Shown piece after piece: positions 54,916 to 64,000 of a stretch of 64,000 bases of DNA. Source of the stretch: Candidatus Uhrbacteria bacterium (GTDB taxonomy: Bacteria > Patescibacteriota > Patescibacteriia > 2-12-FULL-60-25). The stretch lies in NCBI GenBank assembly GCA_016222815.1, contig JACRQE010000007.1, forward strand, positions 3,073 through 67,072, written 5' to 3'. Position 1 is the stretch's first letter. The number at the start of each line of letters is the position of its first letter. The notes under the pieces are model-generated. The model was not told where the DNA came from, made no database searches, and saw only the letters and a program-made list of their open reading frames with translations. Position numbers and translations under genes: made by a program.

Positions 54916-56229
54916 CTATCCGAACGGGATATTCGGCGGCGGTGCGGAACGTTTAGCTTCTGTTTTCTTGAGTTGCGGCGCTTTGACCTGGAGCGTATGC
55001 GGGAAATGCCAGAGCGATGCCAGTTCCTCGGTGCACAGATGGAAATTCGGCGCGCCGACCCAGTTCGACCGTTTGCGGTAAGCTGTTATGAGCCGCCGCT
55101 TCCTGCCGTTATTGCGCCAGTCTTTGAAAAACCACAATGCACCGCTCATGCCGACCTTCTTCAGTTCCGGTTTAAGCGACTGCATGTTGTTGGTATTGAA
55201 TTGTTTGATGGATCCGAAGAACGGCTGGACGATGCGCGGATTGGATTTCACGGCCTTCTTGGCGACGTAGACGAACCTGATTTTGCACAGGTAAACGATT
55301 TTGGACATCTTGTTCTCGATGGCCTCGACCACCACGCGTTCCCCTGGCGTCATGTTGAGCATGCGGAAATCCGGCTGCTTCACATCCTTCTTGGCCGGTG
55401 CCGCCCCGCTGCCTACGATGGCATCTGCGGTGTAGCTCAAAGTCTGGAGCGGCAAGTCAATCGCCTTATCCAAAAAGGTTTTCTTTGCCTCAACTTTTTG
55501 CCCGGTCAGCTTTTTTATGGCCGCAGTCGCAGCCGTGACATAATCGCCCTGCGCTATGGGCGTCAGTACGATCTGGAACCAAGCCTGTTCGCCTACGCCC
55601 ATGCGTCCGAAGCTCTCGAACATGGCCGAAAGCGGATCCTTGAATTCCATCGAGACTTTATCTTCGAAATACGGATATGTTTTCAGCGGATAATAATCCT
55701 TCTTCACCGGGATAAGTTCCGCGCCCCACACATCCCATTCTTCATCCGGATATTGGTTCGGGACTTTGTACGCATAATCCTCCACTTCCACGATTTGGGC
55801 GTCCGTATACTGGGCGTAAATAGCAGCTTCGACCAAATCGCGCAGCTTGCGCGTGGTCCGGATGATGAACTGGATATGGCCCTCGATAGAGACGAGTTCC
55901 ACGGCAATCGTGTCTTGGGTATAACCATCGATCCATTTGTCTTTCCAGCTGGGTCCGCTATGCGCTCCCGCAAGATACGCGAACATGTTGTCTACGGCGC
56001 GCGGTCCCTGCTCGGTCAATCGCGGTATATCAATAGCCAAGACTATGTACGTCTTCTTGGTCATATTCAGCGTCTGCCGCCATTCCAGCCATAGCCTCGA
56101 GCAGCCCCAAAGTATGACCGCCAACAAAACTACCCAACCGCCATTGGCTAAAAAGAAACCCATGGCGATAAAGGGGTTATCGCCTATCTGATCAATGAAC
56201 GACCAGTCAAAATTGAGGAATTCGTCCAT
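54916..56229 (-). CDS. Membrane protein partner of the VirD4-like ATPase (437 aa, 2 N-terminal TM)
   Basis: Two TM helices (aa about 20-50), then a large soluble domain (..ASLWHFPH.. near the C-terminus). No named family recalled. Confidence 0.65.
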   Translation of the reverse strand: MDEFLNFDWSFIDQIGDNPFIAMGFFLANGGWVVLLAVILWGCSRLWLEWRQTLNMTKKTYIVLAIDIPRLTEQGPRAVDNMFAYLAGAHSGPSWKDKWIDGYTQDTIAVELVSIEGHIQFIIRTTRKLRDLVEAAIYAQYTDAQIVEVEDYAYKVPNQYPDEEWDVWGAELIPVKKDYYPLKTYPYFEDKVSMEFKDPLSAMFESFGRMGVGEQAWFQIVLTPIAQGDYVTAATAAIKKLTGQKVEAKKTFLDKAIDLPLQTLSYTADAIVGSGAAPAKKDVKQPDFRMLNMTPGERVVVEAIENKMSKIVYLCKIRFVYVAKKAVKSNPRIVQPFFGSIKQFNTNNMQSLKPELKKVGMSGALWFFKDWRNNGRKRRLITAYRKRSNWVGAPNFHLCTEELASLWHFPHTLQVKAPQLKKTEAKRSAPPPNIPFG

Positions 56230-56245
56230 GTGTTTAGTCGCTGTG

Positions 56246-56275
56246 ATTATAGCAGATATGGAGCTGGATTGTCAC
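56246..56275 (-). promoter_or_regulatory. Candidate promoter GTGACA-18-TATAAT
   Basis: On the minus strand: -35 at 56275-56270, -10 at 56251-56246, 16 nt upstream of the ATG at 56229. Follows an imperfect hairpin after secF. Confidence 0.45.
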
Positions 56276-56328
56276 CACAAAAAGACGCGGAGTATTCCAC
56301 GTCTTTTGAAAGCTATTGGTTGGCTTCG

Positions 56329-57234
56329 CTATCTCCCCGCCTTCGCCGTCGCCTTACGTCTGCTAAAACCGTTCCAAGTCACAAGCAGCGGTGAGGCTAT
56401 GAAGATGGATGAATACGTCCCGGTGATGATACCGACGATGAGCGCCAAAGCGAAATCCTTGATGGAATCGCCGCCGAAGAAAAGCACGGCGAGCAGAGCC
56501 AGGACCGTGGTCATTGACGTGTTGAACGAGCGGAACATGGTCTGCTTGACCGAATGTTCCACGATCTCTTCGAATGTACCCGTCGTCTTCTGCAGGTTTT
56601 CGCGGATACGGTCCAGCACCACGATGGTGTCGTTGATCGAATAGCCCATGATTGTCAGGATAGCCGCGATGAACGGCGTCCCGATTTCGACGTTCATGAA
56701 ATGCCCTAAAAGCGCGAACAGGCCGATCGGGACGAACACGTCATGGAACGCCGATACGAGCACGATCACGCCGTATTTCCAGCTCTGCACCGGCGCCGAG
56801 ACCTTGCGGAACGACCAGGCGATGAACCCCAGGATGAGCAGGAAAATAACGACCAGCGAAGAGACCGCCTTTTGGCGAAGCTCGACGCCGACAGCCGGCC
56901 CGATGGCGTTGTATTGGAGTTCCGTGGTCTTGCCGAACGTCGACTCCAGCGTCTGGTTGATCTTTTGGTGCGTATCCTCTTCCACCGATTTGAAACGCAG
57001 GATCAAATCCGTGTCCCCAGCCGGCTGGATGGTCACGGCGCTCAAGTTGAGTGCTGACAGCGCCTTCTCGGCTTCGACAGCGGTCGGGCGTTTTTCGAAA
57101 CGGACCGACATGAGCGTGCCGCCGGTGAAATCTATCCCTTGCTTCAGGCCGAAGACAGATAACAGGACGATGGAACCGCCCACCAATACGCCGGAGAGCA
57201 GGTACCAAATCCAACGGTTCTTGATTATTTTCAT
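56329..57234 (-). CDS. secF: Protein translocase subunit SecF
   Basis: 301 aa, 6 TM, with ..GIDFTGGT.. and ..YSINDTIVVLDRIRE... Confidence 0.94.
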   Translation of the reverse strand: MKIIKNRWIWYLLSGVLVGGSIVLLSVFGLKQGIDFTGGTLMSVRFEKRPTAVEAEKALSALNLSAVTIQPAGDTDLILRFKSVEEDTHQKINQTLESTFGKTTELQYNAIGPAVGVELRQKAVSSLVVIFLLILGFIAWSFRKVSAPVQSWKYGVIVLVSAFHDVFVPIGLFALLGHFMNVEIGTPFIAAILTIMGYSINDTIVVLDRIRENLQKTTGTFEEIVEHSVKQTMFRSFNTSMTTVLALLAVLFFGGDSIKDFALALIVGIITGTYSSIFIASPLLVTWNGFSRRKATAKAGR

Positions 57235-57238
57235 ACGT

Positions 57239-59290
57239 TTATTTCTTGTCTTCAGTCTTATTTAGGAAGAGCCAGCCAAAACGCTTCGGTATCGAAGTGG
57301 TCGCCACCAGCCGCAACAATGTGCGCGTCACGATGATGGAGGTGAAGAGCGAAGTCAGGATGCCGATCGCCAGGGTCAACGCGAAGCCCTTGATGATCGA
57401 AGACGAGAACCAATACAGGACAGCGCACGAGATGAGCGTCGTCGTGTTTCCGTCGCGAATTGAAGGCCAGGCGCGCCTGAAGGCTTCTTCGATTGCCAAG
57501 ATCCAGCTCTTGCCTGATTTAAGTTCTTCCTTGAGGCGCTCGAACACCAGTACGTTAGCGTCCACCGCGATGCCGAGCGACAATATGAAGCCCGCGATGC
57601 CCGACAGGGTCAAAGTCACGGGCAAGAGCTTGAAGATCGAGAAAGATATGCCGACGTATAATCCCAGCGAAACGACCGCCAACAAACCAGCCGCCCGGTA
57701 CCAGATCAACATGAACAGGGCGACGAACACAAAACCCCAGATACCTGCTACCAGCGACTTGTTGACCGAGTCCTGGCCTAACGTGGATCCGACCGTTTGC
57801 TGGGCGATGAGTTTGATCGGCACCGGCAAAGCGCCCTGCTGCAGCCGCATGGCCTTAGTCTTGGCTTCTTCAATCGAATAGTTTCCTGTGATCACGGCCT
57901 GACCGTTGCTGATCTCGGTTTGGACCACCGGCGCAATTTCCACGTTACCGTCGAGGAAGATTGCGACGCGCTTGCCCACGTTGCGCTTGGTGATGTCAGC
58001 GAACATCTTGGTGCCTTCATCGTCGAACTGCAGGGCTATCTGCGGACTGCCTGTGCGCTGGTCGAAATCCAGCTTGGCGCTCTTGAGCTGTTTGCCGCCC
58101 AATTGCGTATCCTTCCATTCTCCCTGCGCCGGCAGGATGTCTGTGGATTGGGTCTTCTTGAAGAACACGGCGCGGACACGGACGTCATTTGCCGTCCGTT
58201 CATCCGACTTATAAATCAGGTGATAACCGAACTGCGTCTCAACGATATCGGAGACATCCCCCTTCTTCATTGCGTAAATGGCGTTCTCGAACGGTTCGAC
58301 CATCGCCCCCTTGCCGAACCAGCCCAAATCCCCGCCCATCTCTGACGCACCCGGTTCTTCGGAATACTTTTTCGCTTGCGCCACGAAATTCTGGGCTGTG
58401 GTCTCCTTCTTGATGTCTTCGATGACCTTCTTGGCTTCTTCCTTGGTCCGCGTCGTGGAAGTCGGAGCGCTTTGCGCCCCAGCCCACTGGATCAGGAGGT
58501 GGCTCCCCTTGACTTCCGGGTCCGCCGCTTTTAACTCTTCGGCCTTGGCGACGACGTAAGCTTCGGGCAAATCAATCACCCTGTTCAGCACTTCCCCGGA
58601 TTTGAGGTTCTTTACCGCATCATAAACGACTGCATATTGGGTCTTATCCTTGATGAAACCTAAATCCCCGCCCAAAACCTTGCTCGTCTCATCATCCGAA
58701 TGGTCTTTGGCCATCGCTTCCACCGAACCGGGATCTTTCATCGCCTTGGCCAAATCAGCCTCCGCATCCTTTTTGGCTGCGGCATTCTGTTCGTCCATCT
58801 TCTTCTGTTCGTCCGCGGTCAAGGAACGCGGCGGTTCGTTATTCTCTTCCTTGAACTCAAGGATGGGGGTTTCGCCGATGAGCTTGATCGCCTGGTTGAC
58901 ATCTTTGATACCTGCCAGTTCGACCGACACGCGCCATGAATCACCGGCCTGCGCCGTGGTGATGAGCGGTTCCGAGACGCCTAGCGAATTGACGCGTCTC
59001 TCGATGACGTCGCGTACGCCGTCCAACGATGTCGAACGGTCCGTCGCCGGGACCTTGGAGACGTCGGCTTCGTACTCAAGACGAGTTCCGCCCTGGAGGT
59101 CCAGGCCGAGCACAAAGCCTTTTTCCACATGGCCCAAATGCGTCCCGACCCAGTAATTCAACCAATCGATGGCTCGGTTGGTGGCCGGCGGATAAGCGAT
59201 GCCTCCGACCAGCAGAGCTAAAACCAACAATAGCAAAGCGCGCTTTCTGACGGCTGAGCGCGGTAAAGAAACCGTAGTGGGTTTTGACAT
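57239..59290 (-). CDS. secD: Protein translocase subunit SecD with inserted tandem parvulin-type PPIase domains
   Basis: GLDLQGGTRLEYEA, P1 domain and C-terminal 6-TM bundle. About 220 aa inserted with ..GGDLGWFGKGAMVEPFENA..GYHLIYK.. ATG at 59290 preferred over TTG at 59305. Confidence 0.9.
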   Translation of the reverse strand: MSKPTTVSLPRSAVRKRALLLLVLALLVGGIAYPPATNRAIDWLNYWVGTHLGHVEKGFVLGLDLQGGTRLEYEADVSKVPATDRSTSLDGVRDVIERRVNSLGVSEPLITTAQAGDSWRVSVELAGIKDVNQAIKLIGETPILEFKEENNEPPRSLTADEQKKMDEQNAAAKKDAEADLAKAMKDPGSVEAMAKDHSDDETSKVLGGDLGFIKDKTQYAVVYDAVKNLKSGEVLNRVIDLPEAYVVAKAEELKAADPEVKGSHLLIQWAGAQSAPTSTTRTKEEAKKVIEDIKKETTAQNFVAQAKKYSEEPGASEMGGDLGWFGKGAMVEPFENAIYAMKKGDVSDIVETQFGYHLIYKSDERTANDVRVRAVFFKKTQSTDILPAQGEWKDTQLGGKQLKSAKLDFDQRTGSPQIALQFDDEGTKMFADITKRNVGKRVAIFLDGNVEIAPVVQTEISNGQAVITGNYSIEEAKTKAMRLQQGALPVPIKLIAQQTVGSTLGQDSVNKSLVAGIWGFVFVALFMLIWYRAAGLLAVVSLGLYVGISFSIFKLLPVTLTLSGIAGFILSLGIAVDANVLVFERLKEELKSGKSWILAIEEAFRRAWPSIRDGNTTTLISCAVLYWFSSSIIKGFALTLAIGILTSLFTSIIVTRTLLRLVATTSIPKRFGWLFLNKTEDKK

Positions 59291-59304
59291 ATAGAATCTG
59301 GCCA

Positions 59305-59333
59305 AGTCTAGCTAAAAGACGCGGTTTAGGCAA
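59305..59333 (-). promoter_or_regulatory. Candidate secDF promoter TTGCCT-17-TAGACT
   Basis: On the minus strand: -35 at 59333-59328, -10 at 59310-59305. Would give a very short leader to ATG 59290. Confidence 0.3.
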
Positions 59334-59416
59334 GAACCGGATATGAACAGCCTCCGTTGAGGCCTCGATGGGCCAAATATCAGGGAAAATTCGAAAAATT
59401 CTACCCTTTCCAGAAA

Positions 59417-60364
59417 CTACTCCTCAAATTCGTATTTATACTTCGTCACGCCCTTGCGATACGCCGAAAGTTTGTCCAAATTTTCATGAATGAATTCCGT
59501 CCGATTGCCATCTTTGTCATGTTTGACCGTTTGTCGCCAAATCGGCCGATTCGTATCTCCGAAATAATTCGTTTCGACCACTGTCCGTCCATCGTCAGAA
59601 TATTCGAACACTGTTTCACCGAATGGTTCATTTTCGTTCCCCACATAGCCCCGTTCGACCCTGATGAGCTTGTCGCCGTCATAGATGCTCCGATACCAAG
59701 TGCCCCTGCCTGTTGATACGTCCTCGACCCATCGCTCCATTGTCTTTCGGCCTTGGTCGTCGTATTCGTAGGACTTGACTCCCCTTTCATGCTTCACCAT
59801 CTTCCCTTGTTCCGCATCGAAGACTTCACCTATGGTCGCTTCTTTGGCCAGATTACCTTGTCCGTCATATTCAAGTTTATGCGTAGAACCGCCGTATGCC
59901 GACTCTATCTCGACGATTTTAGGTTTGCGCGAATCTCCGTCATATTCATAAACCATGGCGCTTGTCCGCTTCTGCTCGGCGGATTTCCCTGACCATGGAT
60001 CGAGCCTGCCCTTGAATGTCCATTCCCGATAGCTCATCTCCAGCCTCCCGCGCTCATCGTACGCGAATGTTTCCTCGATGTGGTGACTGGTCTCTGGAGT
60101 GCGTCTGTTGGTGTTTCCGATCAGATTCCCTTCTTCTATGGCTTTCGCGATCCTGCTTGCCCGTTCGAGTTCTTTAGCCGGATAAACATCCGTCACGGTC
60201 TTGATCAACCTGCCTTTGTCATCGTATTCATGGACCGTCTCCCAAGTCGAGCCGTCATGCAATTCGATTTTCTTTCGTATCCGCGGTTTTTCCTTCTCTT
60301 TCGATTCGGCCGCCGGCTTGAACGGGGTTTCGGCGATACCTCCCGGCACTTTGAAGTTCGGCAT
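59417..60364 (-). CDS. Stand-alone YD/RHS-repeat protein (315 aa, no signal peptide or toxin tip seen)
   Basis: At least 8 repeats of the YD type (HEYDDKGRLIKTV, FAYDERGRLEMSY, YEYDGDSRKP, LEYDGQGNLAKE, YEYDDQGRKTME, FEYSDDGRTVVE, VKHDKDGNRTEF). Confidence 0.65.
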   Translation of the reverse strand: MPNFKVPGGIAETPFKPAAESKEKEKPRIRKKIELHDGSTWETVHEYDDKGRLIKTVTDVYPAKELERASRIAKAIEEGNLIGNTNRRTPETSHHIEETFAYDERGRLEMSYREWTFKGRLDPWSGKSAEQKRTSAMVYEYDGDSRKPKIVEIESAYGGSTHKLEYDGQGNLAKEATIGEVFDAEQGKMVKHERGVKSYEYDDQGRKTMERWVEDVSTGRGTWYRSIYDGDKLIRVERGYVGNENEPFGETVFEYSDDGRTVVETNYFGDTNRPIWRQTVKHDKDGNRTEFIHENLDKLSAYRKGVTKYKYEFEE

Positions 60365-60426
60365 ATTGGTCCAATCATAGCAAATCCTCGCGCTTCGGTT
60401 AATCCCTTCTTCCGCAAATCCATCCC

Positions 60427-60455
60427 TTTACAAAAATTCAGTTTAAGTGTATTTT
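60427..60455 (+). promoter_or_regulatory. Candidate promoter TTTACA-17-TATTTT
   Basis: -35 at 60427-60432 (context TTTACAAAAAT), -10 at 60450-60455. GAGG lies 7-8 nt upstream of ATG 60473. Confidence 0.45.
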
Positions 60456-60472
60456 CCGAGCGAGGTTGAAAA

Positions 60473-60991
60473 ATGAAGAAAGGAACCAAGCTCTTTATAC
60501 TTATCGGGCCTCCTGAAGCCGGGAAGATGGTCCTGGCCGAAGCCTTGGCCAAAACCTACGGCAACAAGATCGAACTCATGCCGCGTTTGACCAACAAGCC
60601 GCCGAATATGATCAATCGGTCGGCTGGCTACGTCCGGCGCGTGACTCCGACGACCCTCAAACGCCATTTCCAAGACGGTCGCCTGATCTTAACCCGCGAA
60701 AACGAGTACATGTCCGGTTTCGACCGGGAACGGCTCGACCGTCTGCTCCAGAAAAAACATGTAGTCATCGTCACTGATGAGGACGGCGTCCGCGAACTCA
60801 AAAGCCAGACCAACGACGATGGTCGCCCCAAATACCGCATCTTCGTCATTCGCGTCGTCTTGCGCAAAAAAGAGACGGACTCGAATCCTCCACCCTCGGA
60901 CCTGACGGTCGATATGGAAATCCTGACCGGTTTCGGTCCAGACTGGGCGGTCCATGAACTCTCGCGTCACCTGCCCAGGCTCATCGCTTGA
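60473..60991 (+). CDS. Guanylate-kinase-like P-loop protein with degenerate catalytic motifs
   Basis: GPPEAGKM in place of GPSGxGKS/T. The region aligning to the GMP-binding S-TTR-PR-GE-Y segment reads MPRLTNKPPNMINRSAGY. GK-like spacing is otherwise retained. Confidence 0.55.
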   Translation: MKKGTKLFILIGPPEAGKMVLAEALAKTYGNKIELMPRLTNKPPNMINRSAGYVRRVTPTTLKRHFQDGRLILTRENEYMSGFDRERLDRLLQKKHVVIVTDEDGVRELKSQTNDDGRPKYRIFVIRVVLRKKETDSNPPPSDLTVDMEILTGFGPDWAVHELSRHLPRLIA

Positions 60992-61005
60992 CCACTCCTA
61001 CAACG

Positions 61006-61042
61006 CAGCCCCGCGCTCCCCGCCGGGCTGCTTTCTTTTTTT
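61006..61042 (+). terminator. Intrinsic terminator
   Basis: gcagccc-(12 nt)-gggctgc followed by tttcttttttt, between convergent genes. Confidence 0.7.
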
Positions 61043-61073
61043 CATCTGACCCTTTATCGGCGCGTCCGCTGTA

Positions 61074-63824
61074 TCAGAGGCTCTGGCCGTGGCACTTCTT
61101 GAATTTTTTCCCTGACCCGCAAGGGCAAGGGTCGTTCCGGCCGACCTTGTCGAACTGTCCGCCGGTCTGCGTCGCCTCGCCCGATAGCCCGGACGAAGCC
61201 GTGACGGCGTTGTCTTTCGATGGTCCCGAAAACTGGAGCGCGTTCTGTCCGCGCACCTGCCGCCGTTCCTCGAAAGCCGCCACGTCCTTGACCAGCTGTA
61301 TCTTGAAGATGGTATTGGCGACCTGCTTGTCGATCGTGGCCAAAAGCTCGTTGAACATGCGGTATGCTTCGCGTTTGTATTCCACCAGCGGATCGCGCTG
61401 GCCATAGCCCTGGAGACCGATGCCGTGGCGCAAGTGGTCCATGGAATCCAGATGTTCGACCCACAACGTGTCTATGGCATGGACGAGCAATGTCTTCTCG
61501 ACTTCATTCATGCGCACCGAATCGCCGACCGCATCTTCGATTTCCTGGTAGGCTTTACGCGCCGGCTCCATCAGCCCTTCGATGATCGATGTCCGTTTGA
61601 CCGCGATATCCGCGCGGCCTTCAAGCTCGGTCGCTATCAATTCGAGTTTTCCTTTGACGTTGGCCGTGGGCGGCAGCATGGTCACGCACGCCTTCTCGAT
61701 CTCGTCCAGATGCCAGGCCGACGGATCCTCTTCGGCCGTATGGAACAGCACGATCTGTTCTATCTCCGCCTCAATCGCCTGCATGACGATGGTCTTGAGC
61801 GGCCGCTCGCCTTCCGTCGTCCGTTCGCCGGATTGCTTCAGGGTTTCGCGCCGTTTGTTGTAGATGACCGTGCGGTGGCGGTTGAGCACATCGTCGTATT
61901 CGAGCAGATGTTTGCGGATGTCGAAGTTATGGCCTTCGACTTTCTTCTGCGCCGACTCGATGGCCCGCGACAAGACCCGGCTCTCGATAGGCTGATCATC
62001 CGGCAACCCGAGCATATCCATGCGTTTCTTCATCTTTTCCGAACCGAAGATACGCATCAAATCGTCTTCCATGGAAACGCAGAACTGGGTGGAACCTGGG
62101 TCACCTTGGCGTCCGGCGCGGCCGCGCAGCTGGTTGTCGATGCGCCGCGATTCGTGACGTTCGGTGCCGAGGACATGCAACCCGCCCAAACCCTTCACCT
62201 CTTCCGCTTCTTCCGCAGTCGGCGGATTTCCGCCCAGGATGATGTCCACGCCGCGTCCGGCCATGTTGGTCGCCAGCGTCACCGCGCCTCTGCGTCCGGC
62301 CTGGGCGATATATTCGGCTTCGCGTTCATGGTTCTTGGCGTTCAGCATGTTGAACGGGATGCCTTCGGTCTTGAGCAATTCAGCCAGGAGCTCGTTTTTC
62401 TCAATCGAAGCCGTACCTATCAAAATCGGCTGGCCTTTCTCGTGGCGCTCCCTGATTTCCTGGACAACGGCTTTGAATTTCCCGAGCTCGTTCTTGTATA
62501 CGCGGTCTTGCAAGTCTTTGCGCTGAGTCGTCTTGTTCGTCGGGATGGTCAGCACCTCAAGCTTGTAGATCTTGTGGAATTCTTCCGCTTCGGTCACGGC
62601 CGTACCGGTCATGCCGGCCAGTTTCCCGTACATGCGGAACAGGTTCTGGAAGGTGATGGTGGCCATGGTCACGGATTCGCGCTGGATATCCGCGTGTTCC
62701 TTGGCTTCTATAGCCTGGTGCAAGCCTTCAGAATAACGTCGTCCATGCATCAAGCGTCCCGTGAATTCGTCCACAATGATGACTTCGCCGTCTTTGACCA
62801 CATAATCTTTGTCCAGTTTGAACAGGGTCTGCGCGCGCAATGCCTGCTCCAGGTGATGGACCAGACGCACTCCACCTTGGACGTAAAGGTTGTCCACGCC
62901 CAGCATCTTCTCGATCTTCTCGATGCCTGATTCGGTGATGGTCGCGGTCCGCAGTTTCTCGTCGATGACGTAATCCGAGGCTGCGTCCAAACGCGTCACC
63001 AAATCAGCGAAACGATAATAGAGCTCCGCCGCTTCTTCGGCCGGTGCCGAGATGATGAGCGGCGTACGCGCTTCGTCGATCAGAATGGAGTCGACTTCGT
63101 CCACGATGGCGTAATTCAATTCGCGCTGCACCATGTCTTCCAGGCGCGGCGCCATGTTGTCGCGCAGATAATCGAAACCGAATTCGTTGTTCGTCCCGTA
63201 AGTTATATCCGCGGTATAAGCCTCCTTCCGGCTGACCGGTCGCAGATAATCCATATCCACCCGGAAACTCCCCGTCTCGTCGCGCTCCTCGTCGTGTTCA
63301 GGTTCAGCTTTGAAACCAGGGTCATATCGGAACCCGCTCTCATGCTGGATACAGCCGATGGTCAAACCCAACGCATGGTAGACCTGGCCCATCCAAGCTG
63401 TATCGCGGCGCGCCAGGTAATCGTTGACCGTGACCAGATGCACGCCCTTGCCGGTCAAAGCGTTGAGATAAATCGGCGCCACGGCCGTCAAAGTCTTGCC
63501 TTCACCAGTCCTCATTTCCGCGATCATGCCCCGATGCAGGACTATGCCGCCGATGAGCTGGACATCGTATTGCCTCTGCTTCAACGCCCGGGAAGACGCT
63601 TCACGCACCACGGCGAAAGCTTCGGGCAAAATATCATCCAAAGTCTCGCCTTTTTCCAGGCGTTCCTTGAATTCAGCGGTCTTTGCTTTCAAACCTTCGT
63701 CAGACAATGTCTTGATCGTCGGCTCTAAAGCATTAATCTGCTCAAGAATTGGGCTTAGCTTGGCGATTTCTTTGGCATTCGGGTCTCCGAAGAGTTTGGT
63801 CAGGATGCTCATAAGTAGAGGCAT
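61074..63824 (-). CDS. secA: Preprotein translocase ATPase SecA
   Basis: 916 aa with [27 protein letters not shown] and the C-terminal zinc finger [14 protein letters not shown]. Confidence 0.98.
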   Translation of the reverse strand: MPLLMSILTKLFGDPNAKEIAKLSPILEQINALEPTIKTLSDEGLKAKTAEFKERLEKGETLDDILPEAFAVVREASSRALKQRQYDVQLIGGIVLHRGMIAEMRTGEGKTLTAVAPIYLNALTGKGVHLVTVNDYLARRDTAWMGQVYHALGLTIGCIQHESGFRYDPGFKAEPEHDEERDETGSFRVDMDYLRPVSRKEAYTADITYGTNNEFGFDYLRDNMAPRLEDMVQRELNYAIVDEVDSILIDEARTPLIISAPAEEAAELYYRFADLVTRLDAASDYVIDEKLRTATITESGIEKIEKMLGVDNLYVQGGVRLVHHLEQALRAQTLFKLDKDYVVKDGEVIIVDEFTGRLMHGRRYSEGLHQAIEAKEHADIQRESVTMATITFQNLFRMYGKLAGMTGTAVTEAEEFHKIYKLEVLTIPTNKTTQRKDLQDRVYKNELGKFKAVVQEIRERHEKGQPILIGTASIEKNELLAELLKTEGIPFNMLNAKNHEREAEYIAQAGRRGAVTLATNMAGRGVDIILGGNPPTAEEAEEVKGLGGLHVLGTERHESRRIDNQLRGRAGRQGDPGSTQFCVSMEDDLMRIFGSEKMKKRMDMLGLPDDQPIESRVLSRAIESAQKKVEGHNFDIRKHLLEYDDVLNRHRTVIYNKRRETLKQSGERTTEGERPLKTIVMQAIEAEIEQIVLFHTAEEDPSAWHLDEIEKACVTMLPPTANVKGKLELIATELEGRADIAVKRTSIIEGLMEPARKAYQEIEDAVGDSVRMNEVEKTLLVHAIDTLWVEHLDSMDHLRHGIGLQGYGQRDPLVEYKREAYRMFNELLATIDKQVANTIFKIQLVKDVAAFEERRQVRGQNALQFSGPSKDNAVTASSGLSGEATQTGGQFDKVGRNDPCPCGSGKKFKKCHGQSL

Positions 63825-63863
63825 TCTAGACCGGAAAGCTGAATTTTACAATCAGCTGATCGC

Positions 63864-63891
63864 AAAAGGGTGCGGCATGCCGCACCCTTTT
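63864..63891. terminator. Perfect 28-nt GCATGC-centred palindrome (bidirectional terminator / repeat family P)
   Basis: aaaagggtgcggcatgccgcaccctttt, 18 nt after the stop of the partial upstream ORF on the minus strand. Confidence 0.7.
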
Positions 63892-63909
63892 GCTGTCTAT
63901 CAGGCTATC

Positions 63910-64000
63910 CTATCTAGTTGCCCTGCAGGCATTATAATCTGCCTTCATCGTGTCTTTAGCTGCTTTCATCGCGGTCGAATAAGCCTGGTTGGCGGATTTC
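63910..64000 (-). CDS. C-terminal fragment of an unidentified protein (enters from beyond window end)
   Basis: Hand translation gives ..KSANQAYSTAMKAAKDTMKADYNACRATR, with stop TAG at 63912-63910. Supported only by the open frame and the following terminator. Confidence 0.3.
   Translation of the reverse strand, partial: KSANQAYSTAMKAAKDTMKADYNACRATR

Noticed and set aside
54913-56094. 393-aa plus-strand ORF opposite the 437-aa membrane-partner gene
   Set aside because: Antisense shadow ORF with no motifs. The minus-strand ORF has TM helices, its own promoter and an operon context.
61425-62930. 501-aa plus-strand ORF opposite secA
   Set aside because: Antisense shadow ORF. Its composition (Arg/Leu/Phe/His-rich) is typical of the reverse frame of a moderately GC-rich gene, while secA on the minus strand is unambiguous.

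Overview
A 64-kb chromosomal segment of a small-genome bacterium with about 70 protein genes, nearly all on the minus strand, and one tRNA. No rRNA, CRISPR array, transposase, integrase or prophage is recognisable. The lineage is most plausibly Candidate Phyla Radiation / Patescibacteria; that is my inference from compact housekeeping proteins, Lys/Ala-rich ribosomal-protein extensions, many small glycosyltransferase genes and characteristic short palindromic repeats. All family names come from reading motifs by eye, since I could not run BLAST or HMM searches. Content in order:
- CIRCE-controlled heat-shock operon hrcA-grpE-hsp20-dnaK-DUF3467-dnaJ.
- MacAB/YknXYZ-like efflux module with two permease paralogues.
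- Glycosyltransferases and a translin-like gene.
- tRNA-Lys(UUU).
- mraY-ftsW-murG.
- nifU-like gene, rpmA and pyrG.
- NUDIX hydrolase, S41 protease, PEGA protein and HIT protein.
- GT39-type glycosyltransferase operon.
- priA-like gene, def and fmt.
- Surface-polysaccharide cluster (GT2/O-antigen-ligase fusion, GT2, GT4, flippase).
- Ribosomal block infA-rpmJ-rpsM-rpsK-rpsD-rpoA-rplQ-rplM-rpsI.
- alaS, mnmA and rlmN.
- Peptidoglycan enzymes.
- VirD4-like ATPase with a membrane partner.
- secDF and secA.

The signals most worth a second look:
1. A family of tandem 7-nt repeats with a [G/C]TAC core. Five copies sit directly 5' of gene starts, and one sits inside the O-antigen-ligase fusion gene, where slippage would frameshift it.
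2. Two families of short palindromic dispersed repeats, some of them translated in frame (grpE, a GT2 gene).
3. SecD carrying two tandem parvulin-type PPIase domains.
4. RpoA without an alpha-CTD.
5. A PriA homologue with degenerate ATPase motifs.
6. An orphan VirD4-like ATPase with a membrane partner, a zinc ribbon and a long disordered tail.
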